Of a DNA stretch of 64,000 nt, positions 47,501 through 59,500 are shown one piece after another. The notes below the pieces were generated by a model. It made no database searches and was not told where the DNA came from. It saw only the letters and a program-made list of their open reading frames with translations. The translations under genes were made by a program, and so were the position numbers. Every line of letters begins with the position of its first letter. Positions within the stretch are counted from its first letter, which is position 1. Origin of the DNA: a virus; the IMG/VR virus record IMGVR_UViG_3300012936_000005, positions 1 to 64,000 of that record; one strand, given 5' to 3'.

Positions 47501-50500
47501 TAACTCTATCAAACTTACATCTAATATGAGCTGATTTAGTTTTACCTTCTCCAAGTATTGGACTTAGTCTTGCAACTGATCCACCATCATCTATTGAGCC
47601 GACTATATCAATCTTAGGACTTGTTAAATATCCGCTACCACCGTTTGTAACTCTAACACTTGTTACTCTTCCGTTACCTATAAATGCTTCTGCTGTTGCT
47701 CCTGAACCGCCACCGCCACTAATAACAATTTTAGGTGCAACTTGATATCCGGATCCTGCATCTGCAATACTAAAGGACTTAATTTGGAAACCAACATTGT
47801 CTAACCAATGTTTACTAGGATAATTTTGTAAATCTGATGCACCAGCTAATACTTTGCCGTCAATAATTTGGACACTCTGCGGAACAATTTTTCCTTCATC
47901 TTCATTGTAGTAAGGAGCAAGATCGAAATCAGTTATTACATTACTAGCAGGATCTATTTTTTCATATGAGCTTAAATATTCTCTAATCTTAGTTTTGTAA
48001 GGTTTCATTTCTTCTACATAGTTTTGATAGCTAGGTAGACTATCATTTTGGAATGTAACTTTTTGTTTTAATTCACCAATGTTATGTTTTGCTTTTACAA
48101 AACTAGTCTTAAATAACCAATCAACATTAGGTTGCTCACTTAGTACATATCGCACACTTGCAAAGAATAACTCGTTCCAATGTATTGCTAGATTATCAAT
48201 AAAGATATCTGATTTAAGTATTTCTAATATTTTTCTAAATTCTGTATTTGGTTCTGTATCATAGAATATTTTATCAAAACTTGCACCGTCAAATGCAGTA
48301 TTACTAGCATTGCTATCATATAAACTATTTTTAAACAGTATAGTTCCGTTCTCTCTACCAATAGTTTCGTAACTTAAAGTATAATCTTGTGTATCAAGGT
48401 TAGCTATTTTTCTAAGTAGCAACCAGCCACCTGTACCTACACTGTTAATTTTTACAATATCACCTATCTCATCATCTAATGCATAAATTTCATAGCTTGA
48501 ATCAATAGTATGATTTATAAATGTAAATTGATTGTATCCTGATGCATACCAATCTGTGTATTGCCAGTAAAGATTGATATCATAACTTTGTGTCAGTGTT
48601 CTAAGATATTCTGTGCCATCCCATTGGTATACACTCCACTTGCCATTAATTGTTTCATCACTTTTGACTAGAACAGCAAAACTTCTTACGCTTATAGATA
48701 AGTTTGTGGTATAATCTCTTCCACCATTTATAATATTAACATTTGATATTGAGCCGTTAGCATCTAACACAAATTCTAATTCTGCTCCTGAACCTTCTAT
48801 ATCACTAATTGTATATGTTGGCACATTAATATAACCTTGTCCTGCATCATTTATTAGCACGTTAATAATAACACCATTCTCAACTTCTAGTTGTAGACTA
48901 GCAGGTTTTACTCTAGCTATACTAACAAAACCTATTTCAGCAAAACTATCAGCAGTTGTGTCAAATATTCCTGTAGCAACTGTAGGCTGTGGATCAAAAC
49001 CTGTAAGTTTTGTAAGATCAAAATCATCTACTATTAAATTTTTACCTAATGTGTTGTTTACTCTTTCTACAAACTGTTTCCGTGCTTCAGTTCTGTTTAC
49101 AAACCAACTCTGTCTTGGATCATTTAATGCACCATAACGTAATTTTACAGGTAAATTAATATCAGGCACTGGCCTGTCGTTAGTATCAAATCCAACTAAA
49201 CTATCGAACCATTTTTGTTCTATATCTCTGTTAGGTACGCTTGTTTCTAATCCATCACTTATTAATTGGTATTGAATGTGTGTTGGCTGTTCTTGATTTT
49301 CAATGGTCCACCAATTAAAGCTAATTGCAGTTTCTTTGTCTTGTATAAAAGAGTCGCAGTTATATAAACTAAATCTATTTGATCCAAGCATTGCTACAAA
49401 TCTATAACCTGTAATTTCTGGATTTGTAATATATCTTATGACGTCACTACAAGTTGTTACTCTACCATCTACAGGCGGTAGTGTTGCTTTTCCTAACACC
49501 CAGTAATAATAATAATTTGTAAATGTTTCAGAACCTTGATCATATTTTCTTCTTACTGTGTAGGCATTATCGCCGTATTTTGTTGTTCCACTTATACCAC
49601 TTGTAAGTCCAGCATCTGTTCCAGACTGTTCGTCCCATTCGCTTGGTAGTAACTCTGACTCAACCCATTCATAAACTTCTACAGTTGATCCAGGAAATAG
49701 CTTGTTAAAGTTAGAAGTTGCTTCAGTTATGTCACCTTGATGATGATTAATAAATTTAGCACTGTCAATATCCCACCATAGTTTGCCTACCCATTCATCA
49801 CTCGTATAATCTAAAGGATGTGCAACAACATTTGAAGTAGCTGATGTAAATGAATATCTTGCAGGGTCATAACTTGTTTTAAATGATATTTCTTGTTCTG
49901 CTGGTCCTGCAATTTTTCCTTGAATTGGATCAATATAATCAAGATATGTAAGCAAGCCATTTGTTTTCTTATCGTACAAATATACACCTTTGAACTTAGA
50001 CGTATCTGCTGGTAGGACAGGCTGTCTAGTTATTGACCATGATGTTGTGCCTGCTGGTTTACGATACTCTGCAACTAATCCTTTATCAAGCACACTACTG
50101 TTAGGAACTTGTTGTTTTGGTAAACCAATGTAAACATGGTTTTTACTTACAAGCATTCTATTACCAAAATCTTGTGTGTCTAAATCATATGTAAAGTTTT
50201 GACTGTATAATAATGAATCATTAACAGTTTCATATAAACTAACAACTCCACTACCTTGATCTATTGTTTGGAATTTTGTAGAATTGTTATCAAAAGAAGT
50301 TGCAATAGGATTAACACCAGACTTTGGATCTAATACATATTGTTCATTTTCTTTAAGATTTCTAAACGTATCAAATGATGTTACGCTAGTCATACTGCCG
50401 CCTCTTGATGCTACAGCTAGGGTGTTTCCATCAAAGTCAATCTTTGTACCAAATTGTATGTTTACTGATTTATCAATAGGTCTAAGTGTCTGTGAGTATA

Positions 50501-53500
50501 CAAATGTATTATCTTTTTGTATATAAAGATATACTGCTCCAGCATTATCAGCTACATCACTATTGAAAGGTGCTCCCACAGCAATTTTTTTGCCGTCTTC
50601 TGATACTGCTATAGTTGCTCCAAAATCTTCTGTTTGGTTAAATGGTTCTAATATTTGTGAATATTCGTAACTGGAATCATTTAGTCTGTATACAACAACT
50701 TTTCTATTTGCTATACTACTATCTAAACCTAATGATACTCCTCCTGACTCTATTTCATATACACTTGTGTATACAGAGTTTGCAATTAATACTTCGCCCT
50801 TTGAACTTACATCAAAGTCAGAACCAAATGCTTCTAAATTATTTTGTTCAAGTACACTCTCTACTAAAGAAAAATTAGTATCATTAGGCACATATCCTAA
50901 TAAGTCTAATCCGCTTGTTTGAGCAGTCCATTGATTTACATTAAAAGGTCCCGGAATGGAATTTGTATTTGCTTTGTAAATAGTTTCGCCGAATCTAACA
51001 AATTCACCTTCGAAATAAGTTGCAGATAATCTAAAATCTCCTCTATAATTTTTCTGTACAGATAGTGCCCAGTCATCGGTGCTATTTTTGTTTACAAAAT
51101 ATATACGTCCTTGGTTTGCTTCACTGCCGTCACCTTGAGCATGAATATAAAGTTTATAACTATTAGCGTCTGGTTGTACGAATCTTAACTTAGTTCCTAA
51201 TTGTCTATTGTTGGCACTGTTAGGAACTGTGTAATAACTAATTAATTGATATGTTACACCTTTCATTTCATAAATTGCAAAAGTACCTTGCTCACTAAGC
51301 CCCGTACCATATCCTTCTGCAATTACAGGAATGTTATATACTCTAGTCCAATCTAAATTAATACTTGATGGAGGATTAGCTGAATCTGTAATTCCTTCTA
51401 TTACAGTAGATGAATAAATCCAGTATTCTAAATCACGCAGATAATTTGTTCCGCTTGCAACTACCGGAATATTTGTGCCACTGTCAATAATTATTAATGG
51501 ACCCGAAATACTATTTTCCATATGAGCTGAATTAATTGGTCCTATTGTTCTAACAGTAGAATCATTTTCAATGTATGTGGCATTTGAATTTACACCAAAA
51601 TCAGATCCTAATGCCCATGTACCATTTCTATTCTTTAAATAAATTTTTGCTGTAGAAAAAGCACGTTCAATAAATGCAATTTCACCTGTAGATCCTGTAT
51701 TTGTACAAGTAAGTATATCTCCTATATTAGGAATAAAAGGATCACCATTCAAATCAAAATTTGTAAGTCTAACTTCAACATAACCATTCCATACATCTGC
51801 TACTGTATGTTCTGTGCTGTTAATATAACTTGAAGTTAGTCCTATCGCATTAGGATCTTGTACTAAACCGTTAACACGGATAGTATTGACCCAAAATCTT
51901 GTTTTATCTCCTGGAGTAATGCTGTTTCCGTGAGCTAATGGAGTACGCACCCACCATTTGCTATCTAAAACTTGTATATTACTCTGTCCTTGTGTATGAG
52001 ATAATATTCCAAACTCTGATGCTTTAGTAGGATGAGCAGTAGACGATAGCACTTTCGTATCTAAAATATTACTGAAAAACGGATTGTTTACTATTTCAGT
52101 TTCTAATGTAATATCTTGGATTACAAGATTAGCTTTTGTTTCAACAAGATTAGTTGATGTAAAAGTGCTTCCTACAGATACATACCACCAACCTGTATGA
52201 TAGTTGTCTGTAATAGTTAATTCTTCTACGTAATCACCAACCAAGATTCCGTTAGCGTAGATTTTGCCTGATCCTTGGAATGAACCGTTAACATCCTTGA
52301 TGTACATAGTCATTTCATTTTCATTGTTTGTTCTACGGTACATTATAGTTGCTCTACATGTATCTGTAGTAATTTCTGTACCAGCATCTGGCACACTTAA
52401 CGCACTTTGAATATGAATGATATGTTGTACCTTATCTACAATAGTATGATTACCGTTGATTAAAGATTCTGTAAGCGTTGTATCTCCGTTAAATGGTTCT
52501 GTACCAGCTTGTGCTGTTGTTGTATACTTGTTCCATTTTAGAGTTAATATATCTCCAGGCTTTGTTCCTTCAAATTGTTCTTTCTCTGCTCTAATTAAAA
52601 TATGATCAGTATCTGAGTTAGCACCTAGCGTATAATCTCCGCGGACTATATATTCAATAGTTGGATATTCTTGGGTATCTGTGTTGTAATCGTCTTCTTT
52701 TGCTTGTGCATTTGACGAATGATTACTAAAACTTTGTAATGCATCTGCATCAATATTTCTATCTGCTTTCCATAATTGATCAGAAAATAAAACAATATCA
52801 CCTTGAACGTATGCAACCTTATTGTTATAATCACCTCTCAGTTTGCTTTTTACATTTGATGCATGTGGCGATCCTACTGCTAAATATTTTCCATCTGGAC
52901 TGACTGCTACACTTTGGCCAAATCCTCCATTTGAATCAAACAAGAATGCTTGTTCGTCTATTTGTTGTAAAAATCCAAATTCATTATTGTCACTAGGTCT
53001 TTGGAAAATATATACGCTTCCGTTAAGATCTTTAGGAGCAGTAATTGCTATGCGATTATTATTGCTTGTGACACTAAATGCTGTACCAAAATCTTTTTCT
53101 GTTGAATCTAATATTCCTGCAGAAGTGTTTATAATGTTTGGTTTTAATTCAAATACTTCTCTGTTACTTAAAGTTAACCATTGCCCTGTGTCATCATCGT
53201 CTACCCATAAAGTATTGTTAAGGTTACTAACACCTAGACTATCATTAGCATCTTTCAAATTAGGTAATCTTGCAGTTTCAAATTTTGTTACATAGCCATT
53301 TATTTCAACGCCATCTTCCGGATCTTCAATATCTTCATCTTCTACAGATTCTAACACGATAGAATTTAGAGAAGTGCTATCTACTTTATAGTACCCATCA
53401 GTCGCATCATCAATATCATTTAAACCTATTATATCACCTTTAGCAAAATCTGCTACTTTGTCACAAGTTACTGTAAACAAGCCAGCATTAGTTGCAGTAT

Positions 53501-56500
53501 AGTTTGTAATTCTTAAATCAGTAGCAACAAGTTTATAAACTCCCCAAGTTTGTGTACTTTTATCTGTTGCTGTCCAAATATAACTATTTGTTGCAAGATT
53601 AGTCTGAGTAAGCAAATCATTGTAACTTAGAAGTGATAATGCTACATCGGAAGGATTTACATACCCTGCTGTTTTTGTAAAACTGTTATCATCATTGAAA
53701 TATTTTGTCGGGAACGGTTTGTGATCATAATTTTTTGATTTAACATAGATGCCGTTCCTATCTAATTTATAAATTAAACTTGTGTCCTTGGGATTAATTA
53801 CATCAACTAATTGTACTTGCTGTGGTTCTTGTCTATACTTTTGTTCATCAAATACAATATCGAACTGATCGTCACCTTCTGTTGATCCGTAACGTCCTAC
53901 TCTTACTGCCCACTCTTCAAAAAATTCTAAACTATCTTTTGTTGCACTTCCTAATTTATCAAATAATTTTGTTAAGACATTTTTAGTACCTTTGTCTTGT
54001 ATAGCACCTTGATAAAACTTATACTGTGAAACATCGTCATTGATAATATTTTCAAGATATTTACGCTTTTGATATCCTGTCAAATGTTGTGCAAGTTTCT
54101 GTTGCTCTATATCAAAATTATCAGAATCTAAATCGTAATAATCTGCAAACTGTTTTGCTTTGTAATCTAAATTTGGAAGAAGCTGTTGTACTGGCTTATC
54201 ATTTAATCTTACAAATGCTCTATCGTTAAATGTTTCAGTGCCTACTACTTTAGTTTGTGCTACATAAAAATATTGTTTATATTTTACTAATGCACCTATA
54301 GGATAATCTTGCCAACTTACCCATTCTGTTGCTACTGCATCATCGAAAATAAAACCAGGTATGTTATATGATCCATTCCATTCATCTGATCTATATCCTT
54401 TTACTTTTATTCTTTCTTGCCTGTAACCTTGGGCTCTGTTATAAATTACATCTCCAAAAACTGTTTTATTATCTATTAGCAGAACATGTTCATGCTGTAT
54501 AACCGGAATCTTAAGATGGAAGATTCCGTCTTCAGTATTTTTTACATATATTCCAAATTCATTTGTGTTGTCTCTTTGTGTTGTTGCAAAATCAGCAAGT
54601 AGTCGTTTACCATCTGCTTTAAGCAAACTGTAGTCATAAAAATTATCGTAAATATCATCAACAACAACATTTTGCCTATAAAATTCTATTTGTCTAGCAC
54701 TAGGGCTTACTGTAAGAATAGTTCCTGATTCCCAATTCTGTGTTGTCCAAAATAGGAATTCTTTGGCACTTAATCTCCAGTTTTCAATTTCTTCTATGTC
54801 TTGATTAAAATTATCAAATTTAAAACCAACTTTTTGTAAGTATTCTTGATAACCCATCATTAGATCTACTACATCTTGCTTGTCCCTTAATAGCGTCCCG
54901 TAAGGCATTTCATTTAGAGTTTTATCAAAGTTTGTAGAAATTTGTGCTGTTGCTCCGCCTTCTTGTGGTAGTTCAGCTAACTTCTGAAAATTATCCTGGT
55001 TAAAGCCTTCTCCTGAAGTGTGACTTATTTTTACTCTATAATAAGAGTCTGATAATTCAACTATTTGTCCAGCTTCGTATGTTTTACCTGAAGTCCATGT
55101 TAGGAAGTTTTCGCTTATGCCTCCAACGTTTATAACTTGATCACTGTTTTTACGTCTTACAGGATAATACTTAAACACAGGATTATCTTTATCATAACCT
55201 TTTACTACATAACCAGAAGGCGTAATTTCAATAATTATTCCGCTATATGCAAAAACATCTACAGGAATACTTTTAGTTAAATGTATAGAATAGTTTTCGT
55301 CTGGTACAAAAACATTACCTTCATTTGTAGGTGTCCTTGAATCTAATATTAATCTAAACTTTTCTTTCTGTGTAAATCCTGCTAGTTTACAACCTAATTT
55401 GTTTTGTACGGCTACAATATTATTTTTAAAGTCTCTAAAACGTAAAGTATCATTACCTGCAAGGTATCCTTGAATATAATTGACTATTCCTGCTGTATAA
55501 ACTCTTTGTGAATCTGTTGCACTATTAGGAAATATAAGTTGATTTAATTCAATTCTTTTGCTAGTATCTTTGTATACTAATTGACCAGCTGTATTACGGA
55601 CTATTCTACTTCTATCAAATGCTAAACCAAAAAACTGTGCAGGTTGGTTTAGTGCCCAAGATATCATTAAACTGAATGGGAAGTGTGAGCTTCTTCTCCA
55701 AGCAGTTTCTACAGGTCCTTCGTCTCCAAAAGCAAAGTCGTTAGTATATGTCGTAGGAATATTACCTCTAGTATATCCTGTTTCATTTGGTGGTAACAAG
55801 TTACCATTTTCGTCTACAGGAATATATTTTAAAATATCTTCATTTTTAAATTTATTTCTATACGTTACTTTAGAGCCTTCATCTCCTCTAACAATACCTT
55901 TACTCAAATCTTCCCAAAGTAACAAGTTATTACTTGTATATGGAGCAGGTCCATATTCAGTGTCAAACCATGTAGGCTTTTCTTTGAACCCTAGTATTTC
56001 CCAAGGATGACTATGAGGTCTATCTGTGTTATAAAAATCTTTATAAATTGATCTCCAAAAACCTGTCAAAGGTTGATTATATGGATCACTTGCTGATCCA
56101 TAGTTATATGTAAATCCGTCTCCGGGTCTATAATAATTATTTGCTACATAATCAGGAACACCTACAGTTTCTAACCAGCTGTTAAATTCTGCGATCATTG
56201 TTTTAGAAATTTGTCTTCTTGTAAAACTAGTATTCCTACTTTTACTGTTGACGTAATCTGCAATGTCTAAAACGTTTTCGTCATATTGTAATTTAATATT
56301 ATTGTAAATTCTTTTTTCAATATCTAATAATAAATTATCTCTAAAATCTCCAAAACATCTCCATAAACTTCCGTCGTGACCTTGTAACATCGGTCTTGAG
56401 TTTGGATATTCTTCTATTAGCTGTGTATCATTTGTAGCATGATTCATTCCACCACTGCCGCTAGGCATATAAAACTTTTCATTAGAGCCTGCAAAAACAT

Positions 56501-59500
56501 GGGTGTGTGCAGTTCCGTTCCCGCCGCTTCTTAAATCTTCTTGTTGTGCAGAAACTTCATCTGTGAACAACGGATAAAACCAACCTAGTTTCCCTTTGTA
56601 ACTTTTATTAGTTGTAACATCTCTACCGTAAATTTTCCAAGGGCCAGTTGTATCTGTTGGAGTGTCTAAATATGTGTCGTCTAAAAATATCTCTGGAGTG
56701 AACTTTGGATATAAACCAAGTTTAGTTGGTGTAGGAGGTATCCAACAACCATCTGTAGTTATGTATTCGTAAACATCTAAAATATCACCTGCTGTTGGTG
56801 GATTTAACAAAGTTAAAAATCCGTCTGTGCTTACAGTATAATCTTTATCTAAAATTAATTGTTTTTCATTTAAGTATACTAAAACAGCTTTATCTGATAA
56901 CGCTGTAAAATCAATTCCTCTAATAAGACTAAAAATTGTCTGTGATGAATCTTCAATATTATGTGTAACTTTAGTATCTCCACCATGTGGTAACATATCA
57001 CTAAAGTAAAACGGATCAGTATTATTTTTATTTTTGTTTAATTCAAATAAAACTTTATCAACATGTATTTTATCAACGCCTTCGAATCCTAGTTCATTTG
57101 CTAATCTTAGAAACTCTTTTTTAAATTTAATATATTCAAAACCGGAATATTTTAAAGCCTCAATAGCGTCATAATCTTTATCTGTCAAATTAAACAATGC
57201 AAGATTGATAGGTCCACTGTGTTGTACAAATTTTAAACCATACTGTGATGCATTTCCGATGTCTCTTAGATTACTTACACCTGGGAATGTTCCTACAAAT
57301 CCGTTTACATTATCAACTATACTATCAACATGATCCAAAACTTCACCTAATGTAAATGTTGTTACATTTTCATTTTGTGGATTTTTTTCAAAATTTATTG
57401 GAAATTCATAAAATCCTATGCCGTTCCTTTTAGGAGCACTTGACGTTGTTTTTAAAACTAATTTATCATCTGCATTTAATTCAGTGTCAAATGTTACATA
57501 AGCATAACCGTTTACTCTATTAATTGTATAGTCAACGCCGTCACGCTTACGATTACTGTTTACATAAACTTTAACAACTAAGTCATTTAAATCTCCGCTG
57601 TTTGTATATACATCAACAATAAAATTGTTTGTTCTTTGACCAACAGTAATTTGTTTAACTACAGGTTGTATAGATTTATTTGGTGCTTTCGTCCAGCCCG
57701 AAACATTTGTAAAGTTTGTTCTGTCAGTATATTTTCTTAATAATGCTGTATCTGTACTAACATTTAATACATCAGTAAGTTCATCGTACTGGTATGTATC
57801 TAACAACAAGTTAAAATCAAATACAATGTCACCACTATTTTCAATAGTTCTGTAACTTAAAGGAAAGCCTAATTCTGTGTCGTTATTTCCTGTACCAACT
57901 TTATAACTAAAAATTTTATTTCCTGCAAAAGTGCTTGATTCTAATGTAGATAATTGTGCACCTGAATCATTATACAAATCAAATAATGGTTGTTGATTTA
58001 CTTTGGTTTTATCCTGTGTTTGTCTCCAAGTAGTACCATTATAATAGAAAAGTTTACCTTTGAACTTTGTACCTGATTTAATTAAAACTGTTTCATCTGT
58101 TTGTGGTACAGAATCAGTAGTTTCTTTTAGGGCTAATTGTTGACTTCCGTTTTGACTTATAAAGTTTACTTCATAAATTTTTCCTGCTACAAAACTATCT
58201 GGATCTGCTGTGAATAAAACACGCATACCAGACACTAACTCTACTCCGTCTACAAAGTAACCAACTTGTCCTTCTATATCAGAAAATACATCTTTGGTTA
58301 CAGTATCAACTAGGTCAACTGCTGTTTTTGATTGTGTTCCAAAATTGTAAAGTTTTAAACCAGCATCAAATTCTATAATAGGTCTAGTAGCTCTATAGTT
58401 TTGATCTAAAACAACCGGAACATTATTAATCTTTGCAATATTTTCTATAACACTTTTATGTGTCCATTTATTATAACGTGACCATTGGTTACCGTCTTTG
58501 GATGCTCTGTTAATAACAATATAGTCTTTTAAAATTGCATAAGAAGTTGCATCGTCAAAAGGTAATGAACTAAATCCTTGTCCGTCAAACTCTGTAGAAA
58601 CATCTGTCAAATAATCAGCAGTAATAACAAGATCAGATTCTGATATTAATTTTATTGATTCTCCAACCCCTTCTACATACCAATTGCCTTCGCCATATTT
58701 TTCTGGTGTAATTTTTCCGTAAAATTTTACTTTCATACCGTTAGTTAATTCATAACCATTTTGCATAGTATATGTTTTTTTACCAACAATATCAGTTCCT
58801 ACATTGAGCTCTGAAGCATCTCTAATATCTTTTATAATAATAAGTCCGCTTGCTTCTAGGTCATTACCGTTTGTGTAATATAAAATATCAGGAGATTCTA
58901 AATCTATTTGCCAAGTAATTGTGCCTTGTTCTACTTTTTGTTGACTAACTCCTGTATTGTATAAGTTTGCATCAGAGTCAATATCAGTGCTTGTTCTAAT
59001 ACTGAAAGGCATATCTACTGCATCAATATCAAAGTTGTATGTTTGTCCTCTGTATAAAGTTAAGGTAGGATTGCTTACTTTGTTTTCTTCACTAAAAATA
59101 TAACTGTTATTATCAACATTATCTTGACGCTTGACTGCAAAAGTACTAACGATGTTTGTAGCTGTTCCGTAGACTGGTATTTCATTAGGACCAGAAGGTA
59201 ACCAATAGTATTCTCTAAAATTTACAAACTTATCCCAATTAATATGTGGATCCCATGCATAATATTCTTGTGAACTATATTTGCTATGGTCTATGTTATC
59301 TGCATTTCTTATTTTAGATGCATTTATATAATCTCTATAATCTCTGTAGAAAGTTACATTACCTAAGTTATTTGTTATAGTTGCAACAGGTTCTAATTGA
59401 TAATTTTCTCTATCAGGTGAAACATCTGCGATATAATTATCTGATGCTTTGAATGCTTTTGCATCTCTACGCCCTATAAATCCATCTACTTTTTCAATGA

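Noticed and set aside
37196-53295. Longer plus-strand ORFs such as 37196..37744, 40499..41044, 42876..43430 and 52843..53295, and similar short antisense ORFs elsewhere
   Set aside because: Antisense shadows of well-supported genes, with no motifs or evident RBS.
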